This document shows, one piece after another, positions 13,187-25,935 of a stretch of 64,000 nucleotides of DNA. Made by a program: the position numbers and the translations under genes. The stretch is taken from assembly GCF_964194155.1 (NCBI RefSeq), contig NC_135885.1, positions 39,928,001 through 39,992,000 of the forward strand. Reading direction: 5' to 3'. This stretch comes from Cetorhinus maximus (taxonomy: Eukaryota). How positions within the stretch are numbered: position 1 is the stretch's first letter; every line of letters begins with the position of its first letter. The notes below the pieces were generated by a model, which was not told the DNA's origin, made no database searches, and was given only the letters and a program-made list of their open reading frames with translations.

Positions 13187-13912
13187 TAGGGCTATAATTG
13201 CTAGATTTTGGGGCATTAAGGGAATCGAGGGATATGGGGATAGAGCAGGAAAGTGGAATTGATGTGGAAGTTCAGCCATGAACTTATTGAATGGTATAGC
13301 AGGATCAAGGGGAAATATGGCCACTCCTATTTTTTAGGTTCTTTCACAAATAGGTACATTGGACATTATAGTCACAAATGGATAGCAATAATGGATACTA
13401 TATTTATGGCTCTCAAAATTTTGTTCTCTACATAAACCCACGTCGTATTTGAATAACTAAGAAAAAGAACAGTGATTTTAGAGTGCTGGTGGATCTAGTC
13501 AGGATCTAGTTCAGTCTCAGACATTAATGCCAACATTATTTCCCTTAAGTGCTAATGGTGCAGGTGGCCTTTTTTTGCAGCAGCAGTGTTGCCTCTTTGG
13601 TGCAAAACTAATAAGCCAACTTTTCTATTCTCAGCCAGATGAGATTTATAGGGCTCACCAAGAAGCCGGTAAAAGGTAGTGAACATTGACTTAAATTCTC
13701 TTTCAAATGCCAGAGACCTACTGTCCAGCATTTTCTGTATTTTTTACTAACTAGAGTAATTGTATAGAATATAGAATTAATTACATTATGCATTCCTTTA
13801 CTCTGGAATAAACTAGTCATTTTGTAGTGTTTTGGTTATAATTGTATAGTTATCTAAACTGTTTCAGGAAGGAGAATACCTTCAGTGTATATATAGTCAA
13901 CCTACATGCAAT

Positions 13913-13982
13913 ATCAGACCTGAGTTTTTCCAGCATTTTTGTTTTTGTTTCAGATTTCCAGCATCTGCAGTATTTTGCCTTT
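13913..13982 (+). repeat. Family-A Penelope tail-only insertion (70 bp)
   Basis: 'tcagacctgagtttttccagcatttttgtttttgtttcagatttccagcatctgcagtattttgccttt' flanked by imperfect repeats acctacatgcaat / accttacatgtaat. Confidence 0.7.
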
Positions 13983-14191
13983 ACCTTACATGTAATTTTC
14001 CCTTGTTGGATTTCAAATAATTCTAAGTTCCATTTATTGGCAATAACCTCTCCAGTTCCTTCTCGAAATCCATTTAGATTCCTTGTGCCAGTATATTCAC
14101 CGCCTCTTTAGATTAACCAGAACTTCTGCATGTCTTTCCTTTTTTTATGTAGTCATGCATTTAAAAATACAACTTTTTATTTGCCCTTCAG

Positions 14192-14278
14192 ATTGGGAAG
14201 ATGAATTGGTCAGCAGTCCGAGCATTCTTAGGCTCATCTACCAAGGGAGATTTCTACATGGAAACGTAACTCTAGGAG
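14192..14278 (+). CDS. UBL3: UBL3 coding exon 3 (87 bp): (D)WEDELVSSPSILRLIYQGRFLHGNVTLG
   Basis: ttgcccttcAG acceptor, GTAAG donor at 14279; splice phase consistent with exon 2; LRLIYQGRFL motif. Confidence 0.97.
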
Positions 14279-14312
14279 GTAAGAAAACTATTGTGTGTAG
14301 CATTCGGGAAAG

Positions 14313-15985
14313 TTGTTTTTTTAATTCATTCACGGGACTTGGGCTTCGCTGGCTAGGCCAGCATTTATTGCCTAACCCTAGCTGTCCTTGAGAAGGTGGT
14401 GGGGAGTTGCCTTCTTGAACCACTACAGTCCATGTGGTGTAAGTACATCCACAGTGCTGTTAGTAAGGGAGTTCCCAGATTTTGACCCAGCGACAGTGAA
14501 GGAACAGCGATATATTTCCAAGTCAGGATAGTGAGTGACTTCGAAGGGAACTTCTAGGTGGTGGTGTTCCCATCTGCCTGCTGCCCTTGTCCTTCCAGAT
14601 GATAGCGGTCATGGGTTTGGAAGGTGCTATCTAAGGAGGCTTGGTGAATCCCTGCAATGCATCTTGTAGATGGTACACAATGCTATTACTGTGTCGGTGG
14701 TGGAGGGAGTGAATGTTCATGGATGGGGTGCCAATCAAGCGGGCTGCTTTGTCCGGGACAGTGTCAAACTTCTTGAGTGTTATGGGAGCTGCACTCATCC
14801 AGGCAAGTGGGGAGTATTCCTTCACACTCCTGATTTGTGCCTTGTAGATGATGGACAGGCTCTGGGGAGTCAGGAGGTGTGTTACTTGTGCGCTTGTAGC
14901 CACAGTATTTATATGGCTAGTCCAGTTCAGGTTTTGGTCAATGGTAACCCCCCAAGGATGTTGATAGTGGGGGATTCAGTGATGGTAATGCTATTGACTG
15001 TCAAGAGACAATGGTTGGATTCTGCCTTGTTGGAGATGGTCATTGCCTGGCACTTGTGTGGCGCAAATGTTACTTGCCACTTGTCACCCAAGCCTGGATA
15101 TTGTCTAGGTCTTGCTGCATTGGAACATGGGCTGCTTCAGTATCTGAGGAGTCACGAATGGTGCTGAACATCGTGCAATCATCAGCGAACATCCCCACTT
15201 CTGACCTTATGATGGAAGGAAGGTCATTAACGAAGCAGCTGAAGATGGTTGGGCTAAGGACACTAGCCTGAGGAACTCCAGCAGTGATGTCCTGGAGCTG
15301 AGGTGACTGACTTCCAACAGCCACAAAACCATCTTCCTTTGTGCTTTGTTCCCCCTGATTCCTGTTGACTCCAGATTTTCTAGGGCTCCTTGATGCTACA
15401 CTTGGTCAAATGCAGCCTTGATGTCAAGGGCAGTCACTCTCACCTCACCTTGGGAGTTCAGCTCTTTTGTCCACGTTTGAACCAAGGCTGTAATGAGGTC
15501 AGGAGCTGAGTGGCCATGGTGGAACCCAAACTGGACGTCAGTGAGCAAGTTGTTGCTAAGCAAATGCTGCTTGATGGCACTGTTGATGACCCCTTCCAAT
15601 ACTTTACTGATGATAGAGAGTAAACTGAAGGGGCGGTAATTAGCTGGGTTGGATTTGTCCTACTTTTTGTGCACAGGACATACCTGGTCAATTTTCCACA
15701 TAGCCTGGTAGTTGCCAGTGTTGTTCCTGTACTGGAACAATTGGCTAGGGGCGCGGCAAGTTCTAGAGCACAAGTCTTCAGTACTATTGCCGGAATATTG
15801 TCAGGCTCCTTAGCCTTTGCACTATCCAGTGCCTTTAGCCGTTTCTTGATATCACATGGAGTGAATTGAATTGGCTGTAGACTGGCATCTGTGTTGCTGG
15901 GGACCACCAGAGGAGGCCGAGATGGATCATCCACTTGGCACTTCTGGCTGAAAATTGTAGCAAATGCTTCAGCCTTATCTTCTGC
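14313..15985 (-). mobile_element. LINE-2nd family, 1.7 kb RT fragment
   Basis: ALDIKAAFDQV, GVPQASVLSPTIFSCFVNDLP, MFADDCT motifs in minus ORFs. Confidence 0.9.
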
Positions 15986-16129
15986 AGATAAAGTTAGAAG
16001 TTAAAGGCAGTCACTTGGAATTGATGGAAATTCTTTAGTATTATAAATACTGACCTTCAACATCGAATTATGAAGTCTTGGTGAAGTTATCAAATACTTC
16101 TAGTTTTATACTTTGATTAACTTTTCCTT

Positions 16130-17165
16130 TTTGTGACATTCTTATCACTGTGACCACTATTCATTATTTTTGCTTAATCTTCCTGCAGCTTTCTATACGG
16201 TCAGTTCTTCCCTCTTTCTCCTGTGTGATCCAGTTCCTTGGCACCATTTAACGCTTTCCAACACATCTGCAATGGCTTCTCCTCTGGCCTGTCAACCCCT
16301 CTTGTTTCTTGCACTCACAAACATCACCTCCAACAATAGAATTAGATTTCATGCGTGTTGTGGCACCTAGCTTTTTCCACTACCTTCAGGTCGGCAACTA
16401 GTTGTGCAGCCTGAATGTCTGCCTGGCATTGTTATGAATCAGTTAAAACTACCTCCTAGTAAATATTGAGTATGACTAAAGCCATAGAGTTCAGCTCTCA
16501 CCAGAACCATCAGAATAGTTCCTGCTTCCTTAGCCGTTCCTAACGTTCTTTTAAGCTAACCCTTAACCTGCCCAACTTGTGTGTCCTAATCATCCTTGAA
16601 CTTCAAACCCTTTGTCCAGTCTTATCTCTGACAGCCTATTTCTACATCCCCAAGCATAGTTTCCCTCTTTCTTCCTTTATTACCCCATACTTGATTCCTT
16701 GCTCTGTTCACAGCCTTCCTGATCTCCTCTCTACATAAGCATGAACTCAACCCATTTGCATCTTACCCCATATTAAGTTGTAGCCGCACATTGCCTCTTT
16801 CCTTGCCATCCATCATCAGTGAATTAATTTCAAATTTCTTACTTCTGTGATCCCCCTACACCCTATCGTTTCATCTTTCTCAATTCCTCAAGCCCAGCTC
16901 ACGCTCTAAGTCTAAACTGATATTCATTCTTCCATCCCTCTCACCGCCAACTCCATCATTGATGATAAAACATTTAGCTGTTACTGTCCTGTGCTTGGGA
17001 ATTCTCCCCTGCTCTTTTGCCTTGCTTCATTTTTCCCAACTTCAAAACCTATATTTTAAACTTTTTTCTTTGCTCACCATTCATAACTCTGGCATAATCC
17101 ATGCTTGATTTATCCCTTCTACTGTGAAGTGCATTGGGATATGCTATGTTAAAGGTACATTTTTT
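16130..17165 (+). mobile_element. Highly decayed L2-like LINE
   Basis: C/T-rich strand, eroded RT-like text, L2-type tail 'gtgaagtgcattgggatatgctatgttaaaggtac'. Confidence 0.45.
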
Positions 17166-17369
17166 AAAAAAGAAAAGCTTGCATTTATTACCCATTAAGG
17201 AAGTGGTGATTGGCCTTTTTAAACAATGTAAGCTAATTAGTGCAAGCCTCAAAACCAACTGGATATATGGGCAGGGTGAGGGCTTTTTTGATATATAAAA
17301 ATATATATTTTTGAATACACAGTAAAATATCAAAATTTACTAATGGTACCAAAGGAATGACAGAGTGAA

Positions 17370-19030
17370 GATGATACCAATCGACTGCAACACAACATAG
17401 GCTAGCAAAATGGGCAGATATGAGGCAGATGGAATTTAATACAGAGGTGTGAGGTAATGCATTCTGGGAGAAGGGATAGGGAAAGGCAATATAGGTTTAA
17501 TGGCACAGTTCTAAAGAATGTGCAGGGATAGAGGGACCTGGAGTTTATGTGCATTGATTTATGCTTGTTATGAAGCAGCAGATGATGTGTGCCAGGCGGA
17601 CCAAATCCACGAGGGAAACTTGGTCGCGATATCGCAACAGCTTTGCAATTTATGTTTATTTCGAGATGCTTGCACTGAATTCAGAAGTAAAAAGTCCACC
17701 AAGACTTTTAGACATTTTTAAAAATTAAATTGAAATATTTATTAACCAAATAAAAGATGTCAAGCACATACATAAGACTACAATTACTACTATAATAATT
17801 CCTAAAATTTCTAATTAACCTGACTTTGAGGTAACGGTCCAAAAATAGATTTTAGATTTTAAACAGATCCAGCAAATTAACACAATACCCTGGACAGTGG
17901 AATTCCAAATGGCTTTTATACAGCTTCAGTTTCCGTAGACAGCAGACTTATGCACAAATCCTGGAGGCTTCATTAAAGCTATTTCACACACTTCTGTTAG
18001 ATCTCACATGGCCTTCTCCTCTTACATAGCCCTTCATACTCCTTTATATATGTTTCTCTCTTAATATATAAATTCTATTGTCCCATATGTCTTTGTATCT
18101 TCCTCACGATATAATGACTTCCATGTTGCTACTATTTATTGTCAGTGACCTTTGGGGAAAAATAAACACCTTCCTTAGCTTTGCTTATCTGACTAGTTGT
18201 AAACAGATGGTGATCGCTTTGAAATCCAAATCTCCCTTCATTTATCTAAAAATGCAAATTCCCTTCACACCTTACATGCTAAGCCAGCATCCATGTTTAC
18301 TCATTAGCATATCAAGCACCTAGCTTCTTTTGATGAGTTAAAGCTTGCAGTCTACTTTACTCCAAATGTAATTAAATCACACACAGACCCAACTATTCTT
18401 ACCCCCATAAATCTATTTACAATAAACCAGAAAAATACTCTGAAAATTATTATACTTTCATGGCAATGCTGAACCCTTAATAAAACTCTGGTTAGGCCAC
18501 AATAAGAGTATAGCATTTAGTTCTGGTCACCACATGTTAGGATGGATGTGAGAGTCTTTGAGAGGGTGCAAAGGAGATTTACCAGAATGGTTCCAGGGAT
18601 GAGGAATTTTAGCTACAAGATTAAGTTGGAATAGCCGGGACATGAAACAAAGGAGATTGAGGGGAGATTTGATAGAGATGTAGAAGATTATGACAGACTA
18701 ATATACGGTAAGCAAAGAAAATCTGTTCCCATTAGCTGATGGCACATGGACTAGGGAACACAGATTTAAGATTTTGAGATGCAGGGGGATATGAGGGGAA
18801 CTTTTTATACAGTAAGTGATAATTACCTGGAACTCACTGCCCATGAGGGTGATGGAAACAGAAACAATCAATGATATTAAAAGAAAGTTGAATGGAGATT
18901 TGAGGAAAATAAACTTGGAGGGCTACACGGATAGAGTGGGAGAATGGACCGACTGGATTGCTCTACAGAAAGCTGGCATAGACTTGATTGGCCGCATGAC
19001 TTCCTTTTGTGCCATAATGGCTCTGATTCC
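17370..19030 (+). mobile_element. CR1 LINE 3' fragment interrupted by a solo LTR
   Basis: CR1 RT C-terminal text on both sides of 17566-18465; WNSLP motif in ORF 18816. Confidence 0.8.
17566..18465. mobile_element. Solo LTR (900 bp) with 5-bp TSD
   Basis: Termini TGTTATGA...TCATGGCA (TG...CA, imperfect inverted); ATGCT at 17561-17565 and 18466-18470. Confidence 0.85.
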
Positions 19031-19614
19031 AAATAAGAACTCTGTGCACAAAATGCACATAGTGTAGGAAATGAAACTGATGAGTTAGAAGCATAAATGA
19101 TATAGTTAGCTATAAAAGAGACTGAACTATAAGCTGGATATGATTGGCTATAGGATCTTTAGAAAAGATTGGGAAAGGAGGAGGAGCAACAATATTAATA
19201 AGAGACATCACAGCAGTAGAAAGGAGAGTTTTCAGTAAGGGTGATCAGACAGTGGAAACACTGTAGCATTGAGGGATACCAAAGATTACAAAAGTAGTAT
19301 GGAGGCCAGAGCAAGAGATAATTACAGATATATTGGACCCAGGGTTCTGAGGGATGCCAAGCTCAGCAGGCCTCAGGCACTGAGCAGGGATAATGGAGCC
19401 ACAGCTCATCTACTCCCTCACTTAGGCTTTATTGCACTGGTAGAATGTAAACTTAAGAAATGATAAGATCTGGATTTAAAAGCTCACCTGTAGAATTGTA
19501 AAAGCAAGAGATTTATCAAAGATCTAAGATGCAACCTGGGCTGAAAAAAAAGTTGATGTATTAAATGATTACTTGCTGTAAGGGTTTGGTAGAAAAGATG
19601 CTAATAGAATGAGA

Positions 19615-21330
19615 TAACAGATAAAAACGCTAGAAACATTTCATTGGTCAGGCAGCAGTTGTGTAGAGACTTCATCAGAACATGAAAATGCTACAAATGA
19701 ATAACTTCAAAGGAGGAACAAAACTTTACATGGGGAAGAGAAAACAAAAATATTTTGGTTAGGTGAAGGACAGGAGATAATTCATTGAAGTGACAATGAC
19801 ATAAAACAAGGGAAGCAATAATGAGTGAGTTAGAATGACAAAAAGGCTATATCCAAATACCAGAGGATGTCTGACTGATTGGAGCTGAACAGAACAAGGG
19901 GAGGAAAGCATGGAAAATCTGGAAAATGCTCCAGTAGCCAAGAGTGTGGTGAGAGAAAAAAGCAGCTAGACACTAGGGGTTCAGAACAACTTGTCGTTCG
20001 GATGGGGAAATCCCATCCCAAGCATGATCTTACAATTTCCTCCGTTAGACTCACTTACTATCCAACAAGAAATGGGAGCTGCAGTTAGGTCTGAAATTAT
20101 TGAAATAAGTGTTAAGGCCGAGAGGCTGTAAAGTGCCCAGACGAAAGATGAGGTACTATTCTTCAAGCTTGTGTGGAGTTCTGATGGAATAGTGTAGGAG
20201 GCCAAGAACAGAGAGGCTAGAGTAGAATGGGGTACTAAAATGGCAACTGAGAGAAAAACGGTGTTGCTTACAGATGGAACTGAGGTATTTAACAACACCA
20301 AAAAAAACCCAGCCTGTGAGCTGTGGTCAAGTCAGAATTTGTTACCTCCTTCCCACCCAACTTCCGGTGAAGATTCCATTCCCATCTCCCAGTTTCTCCA
20401 TCTGTCACATCTACTTTGACAGCACTGTGTTCCGCACCAGAGATTCTGAAATGTTTTCAACTGTGGATTCACTCCACCTTAGAAACAGGCACCTCAACTA
20501 TATCCTATTTTCTGCACCTCTGCCTCTCCTCCTCTTCCTCAGAATTATGATGGGGGGGCCCCCTCTTGTCCTGACCTTCTATCCCACCAGCCTCCGTATT
20601 GGACAAATTATCTTTTGCCATTAGTATCACCTCCATTCTGATCCCATCATCAAACACCATTTTACCCACCCCTTTCAGCGTTCTGAAGGTATCAAATCCC
20701 ACTGCAGGGTCGCACTATCTGAGTTGACAGTTGACTACTGCATTGTTAAGTCTAGCTTTCAGATGAGAGGTTGAACTGAGGTTTATCCACCCCTCAGGTG
20801 GATAAAGAAGTTCCATTGGGACTATTTTGAAGAAGAGCAATAAGTCCTCAGTGTGTCTTGACCAATATTTATCCTCAACTAACATTGCCTGAAACAAATT
20901 ATTTGGTCATTATTTCATTGCCGTTTGTAGGACCTTGTCGAGTGCAAACTGGCTATCATGTTTCCAACATTTCAATAGTGACTGCACTTGAGAAGTACTT
21001 CATTGGCCGTAAAGTGCTATGAAAGGTGCTATATAAATGCAGGTTCTTTCTTTTCCCTGTGTGACAGCATGGCCCACTCCTTTATCACCCCTTATAGCTG
21101 CTCCCCATCACTAGCACCAATCCATAAAAGTGAAGGAGATACAACACCGGCCCTATAATTTCATCCTATATTGAGTGAATTACTGTCTAGGTCCCCAAAA
21201 GCTCTGGTACAGTGATTTACTTGTGCTTATACTGTATTCACTCTAAAAAATCTCATTGTACATCTAATATTCTTTATTCACTAATCAAATCAGGATGATC
21301 TCTACATCAGGGACACCAAATGCAAAGTGG
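19615..21330. mobile_element. Old rearranged Penelope-like fragments (minus ~19615-20280; plus ~20290-20690 and ~21055-21330)
   Basis: KIPFPSPSF, PLVLTFYPTSLRI and YIRDTK-like text homologous to 44030-44620; minus part resembles the GIY-YIG end and pLTR. Confidence 0.6.
20700..21052 (+). mobile_element. Deu-domain SINE
   Basis: 'ccctcaggtggataaagaagttccattgggactattttgaagaagagc...gaccaatatttatcctcaac...aggtgctatataaatgcag', similar to 2503-2945. Confidence 0.75.
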
Positions 21331-21342
21331 CAAGTGAGCAAA

Positions 21343-23400
21343 CAGTGTTCCTTCTAAGCTACACGGCAGCGCAACAGGCCATCAAGTGCCGCACGCAGTT
21401 ATTACAGCCGCGCATATCCTGATGGTTAAATGAGAATTAATTTCACTCTAGCCCACAAGCAAGAAACTGGTAGACTCTCTCACGACAGGAAATTAACGGA
21501 AGACAGCCAAGCCTAACATTACTCAGGTGGAATTAACAGTTAAAATTGGCTCTTCAGTTTCTGGATCCCGAGGCACTTATTTTTCCTGTGGCCTATTCAC
21601 CAATCCTCTTGATCCCTGGCCCTGCTGCTCCCCAGCCCCTCTAAAGTACTTTTAGTATTCTACTAAAGGCCCAATTAAAGTTTTCTAATATCCCAGTTGG
21701 CCCCCTCTATTTTTCTAGTGAATACCACTGTTCTAACCAATGGACATCTGCAAGTTTGTAGTTCATGCTGTCCTTTGGGTGACACTCTGGAATGTGCTCC
21801 CTAAGCTGAAATTCAGTTATGAGTATTCAAAGACTGGTATGCCAATTAAGACATTAGTCATTTTTCAAATGCAGCAGTCATTCTGCACCAAAATGGACTG
21901 TAGGGAACATAAGTACAAGATTGAACCAGTTATAAAATTGGGCGGGGGATGAGAGAGCAAGTCTGGGAATAGATTTCCTGAATAATGCCAATAAATAATT
22001 TTAGCATTAATTGTGCACAAGAAGGGCAAAGTCAGTAACTCTGAGTTACAGTAAATACATTTCCAGAAATCAGAGCAATTTCTTGAAAACAAAGGCAAAA
22101 AAATTATGCATTTAAAACAAGGACAACATACTTCTTAAAGTCCTTGTCAAAGCCCCTCCGCCACCCCATAAGCCATTCATGAAACAGATTCATATATATG
22201 TACTTCATTGACTGGGCTGGTACCAATGCAAACTTATTAATCATTAAATCATTGCTTGTCATAGTAACTCTGTCATATACAGTTTATTGTAACTTTGCTG
22301 TCATGAATCCTTTTGATCTAAACGCAGTCATACATTCCAGTCTGGATGAAATCATGCAATGCAACAACTAATGAGAGTCATTTGAAGATTGTCTTTTTTA
22401 TAAACCTACTCAGAATTTTTATAAAACACAGTTAAAGCCAATTTGGTTTTCAAGGCAGATGTAGCCTGGATAGGAAACATTTCTAACAATCAAGTTTGCA
22501 ACTGCTTCCAATTTAGGACTTCCTCATAATTCCAAGTAATGTTAAAAGCAATTTTAGTTGGTCAGTCACAATCCATTGATGAACAGGATTTCACTGTTCA
22601 TTAAACTCTATTAATATGTTGTTATATTTTACCCCTAACCTTATGTTAGCACCTGAGGGTGCTAAGTACCGTTCATCCCTGATTGGTCTTAAATAATAAT
22701 GATGTAGGACCTCATGTTAGGAAGACCAAACAAATTGGATAAACACTTTGTGACCGATGTTCCCTGTTAAGTTTTTTCATCCATGCGCTTAAGGACTTTT
22801 GTTAGGTGCAACAATATGAAGGTACTGTGCAGACGTGTACCACTAGTAGAAACAAAAAATCCTACATATAATATTTTTTAAAAGTTACCTTAGGTATGGA
22901 AGGAGGAGAATTGACATAGCCATTGACACAGCAGCACATTGTGTCAGGACATTTTTCCAGTAATACATTGGAAGGAGGTTCCTCAAAAGAATCCAAATTA
23001 AAATTCCTTAATAATGCAGAAGGCATTGAAACTGAGGGTGAACTAAAAATATTTAACATAATTATTCGCCTGCAAGTATTCACTAGAAAAGATATGAATA
23101 GCATGTCAAATCAGTTATCAAGCTAAAGTTGTATAGTTAAATTTATCATGCTCTTAAGTTTTAAATTCAGCACCATAATCACTACACTCCCATACTTGAG
23201 AGATTTGTTCGTCTTTTTATATTGTAGCTTGTATTTTTGTCATTTGACAGAAGAAAAGTTGAATTGGTAGCGATGGCTCAAAGCAAGTCAAGCTCTTTTG
23301 TTTCAATTTGACAAACTCAAACTAGAAAGAGTTAAGGAGGTTCGCCTTTTAAATGAATAGAAAATGTGGAAAAGGCGACTTTTTTTCAGCTTATTGAGTG
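21343..23400. mobile_element. Possible decayed hAT-like DNA transposon remnant
   Basis: Starts CAGTGTTCCTTCTAAGCT (resembles hAT/Tip100-type termini); only faint transposase-like text; right end not found. Confidence 0.3.
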
Positions 23401-23825
23401 TTTTCTTTACTTAAAACTCCTATGAAGAGTGAGGAAAATAGCTCAGTAATTCCTTCACGTCAGCAAATATAATCAGGCAGAGGTAACATGTCTCTGTGAA
23501 TTTAGAAATAGGTTGCCTTTTGTGAACTGAAGGGTGAAGGTCAAAGAGACACTGTGTCCATATAAATTAAGTGAAAAATTACATCTGGGAACTGGGGAAA
23601 AGAGTGTTGTGGTGAGGAGAGAATGGGGTGGGAAGGAGGTAACAAGCGGGAAAAGGTCAGCAAGCAGGAGGGGTTCGGCAAAGGAGAAAGAGGTGGCAAG
23701 CGGGTGGGAGGCTGCAGGATTGACAAGTGCAGGCTGCATAGTGAATACCATTGGGTTAGAAGGTGTGCGCCCTACCAATAAAAGGACGAGGATGGAGAAT
23801 TGTCCCACAACTGTACAAGCCAAAT

Positions 23826-24330
23826 GAAGGTGGTGGATAGTGACATTGTCACTGGACTAGTATTCCAGAAAACCAGGGTAATGCTCTGGGGACCTGAGTT
23901 CAAATCTCACCGCGGTAGATGGTGAAATTTGAATTCAATAAAAAATCTAGAATTGAAAGTCTAATGATGACCATGAAACCATTGCCTAATGAAGAGTCAG
24001 ACGGACTTGAAACGTTAACTCTGGCTTCCTTTCCACAGATGCTGTCAGACCTGCTGAATTTTTCCAGCAATTTTTGTTTTTGTTTCAGATTTCCAACATC
24101 TGCAATATTTTGCTTTTATCTTTTATGAAACCATTGCCAATTGTTGTAAAAACCCATCTGGTTCGCTAATGTCCTTTAGGCTGCCATCCTTACCTGGTCT
24201 GGCCTATACATGACTCCAGACCCACAGTGATGTGGTTAACTCTTAAATGCCCTCTGAACAAGGGCAATTAGGAATGAGCAGTAAATGCTGGCCTAGCCAG
24301 TGATGCCCACATCCATGAACGAATAATAAA
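23826..24330 (+). mobile_element. tRNA-derived SINE with LINE-2nd family 3' tail, interrupted by a Penelope mini-insert
   Basis: A/B-box-like head (gagttcaaatc), body gtaaaaacccatctggttc..., tail gggcaattagg...aaatgctggcctagccagtgatgcccacatcc. Confidence 0.8.
23987..24124 (+). mobile_element. 138-bp family-A mini-element starting at the hammerhead core
   Basis: Perfect 14-bp TSD ATGAAACCATTGCC at 23973-23986 and 24125-24138; sequence matches 45231-45364. Confidence 0.9.
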
Positions 24331-24989
24331 GATCTAATTCCTTTTCATTTCCCCTTTTTCTCACTCACGCCTTCTCTTCACTGTCTAGCACTCGATCCTT
24401 TATTGCCTGGTGCAGTATTACTAGAAATGTTACAGTTTTACCAGGGTGCCACATTATGCCAGTGCCATCCTACCACATGGTGGATTTACAGGACATGGAT
24501 TAATGTCTGTACTTTCTGTCAGAGTCCCTGATCTCAAAAGTGCCCTTTCAGGAATAAAAACAACAAAACAAGAAAAAAAAACTCATTATGCTTTGCTGGC
24601 CTTATTAACCATACTTTAGTAGGACATTTTCCAGTAATACAGTGGCAGGAGGTTCCTCAAAAGAATCTAAATTAAAAACCCTTAAGATGCAGAAGGGGTT
24701 GAAACTGAGGATGAACTAAAATAGGTAACATAATTAGTTGCCTGGAAGTATTCACTAGAATAGATATTAATAGCATGTCAAATCAGTGAAACATAAATAT
24801 GAAGTTATCATGCCAAAGTTGTATAGTTTTTTTGTCAGGCCTAACTTCTAATACTGTGTTCAGTTCTGGATGATGAGGCACAAGAGTAACATCCAGTTTT
24901 GAAAAGGTATAAAGAAAATCCACAAAGCTTGGTGTCAGGACTGAGTTATGAAGTAAAAGTTGAAAAAATAGACATTGCTATTACAGCTG

Positions 24990-25330
24990 TACCCATCCAG
25001 GCAAGTGGTGAATATTCCATCATTTCCTAGCTCAAGTCTTGCAGATGGTGAAAAGGCTATGAGGATTTGGAAGGTGAGATATTCCTCGCAGCAGCAGCTG
25101 GTACACTTCAGCTTCTGGTTACTAACACCCAGGATGTTGGTGATGGGGAACTCAGCGATGGTGGTGCCATTGAAGGTTATGGGGAGGTGACTAGGATTCT
25201 CTTTGTTTGAGCTAGTCATTAACCTGGCATTTATGTAGCACAAATGTAACCTGCCCCTTGTCAGCTGAAGTATATATGTTATCCAGCCCTGGTTGGAGAT
25301 TGTATTGTACTGCTTAATTGTTAGTGTGAA
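24990..25330 (-). mobile_element. Diverged LINE-2nd family fragment
   Basis: catccaggcaagtgg and cccaggatgttggtgatgggg similar to 38810-39130. Confidence 0.65.
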
Positions 25331-25551
25331 TTAGTCACAGTGGGGGATGGTGGGGCAAAATGAATAATGTTATAGAGGTGGAAGAAGGCTATCTCTGTGT
25401 AATAAAAATATCTGGAAATTCTTGGTTTGTATTGTTTGAGAAGTTTAAATCTCCTAGCTGATTATTACATCAGTTGGAGGTTTGAAGGAGATTAAGGTGA
25501 ATACAGTAACTGATTTCAGACTGTTTGATTATTGTATTGTTTTCCTTACAG

Positions 25552-25629
25552 CATTAAAGCTTCCTCTTGGTAAAACTACTGTGATGCATTTGGTTGCAAG
25601 AGAGACGTTGCCAGAGCCAAATTCCCAAG
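25552..25629 (+). CDS. UBL3: UBL3 coding exon 4 (78 bp): (A)LKLPLGKTTVMHLVARETLPEPNSQ
   Basis: tttccttacAG acceptor, GTAAGT donor at 25630; absent from the ORF track, translated by hand. Confidence 0.97.
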
Positions 25630-25764
25630 GTAAGTAGATATTAAGCTGGAGTTTTCTTTTTGTTTTTAAAGGATCAGTTCATAATTTACAGTTTTATATG
25701 TATTTATATAGGGGGATGTAGAGAGAGAGAGATGCAGGCTCTTTCTACCCTCTCAATTACACAC

Positions 25765-25935
25765 AAAAGATCCCATTTTTGAAGAAGAGCAGGGAGTTGT
25801 CCCAGGATCCTGTCCGACATTTATCCTTCGACCTACATCTCTCAAATAAATTATCTGATCACTTCAACTCATATTTTTGTGACCATCTACCTTGCAAGTT
25901 GGTCACCACATTTCATTACTGACACTTTGAGAAAA
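25765..25935 (+). mobile_element. Deu-SINE fragment in UBL3 intron 4
   Basis: 'aaaagatcccatttttgaagaagagcagggagttgtcccagga...acatttatccttc' core. Confidence 0.55.

Larger units (their letters stand above)
10195..13330 (+). mobile_element. Decayed CR1 LINE ORF2 with nested insertions
   Basis: PDCLHPWVLKEVA, DWKVAIVTPL, VYLNFQKAF, KFADDT motifs; CR1 3' end near 13300. Confidence 0.85.

Noticed and set aside
6110-24020. Idea that hammerheads inside UBL3 introns are selectively inactivated on the sense strand
   Set aside because: Antisense intronic copies and most intergenic copies are also damaged; too few copies to support selection
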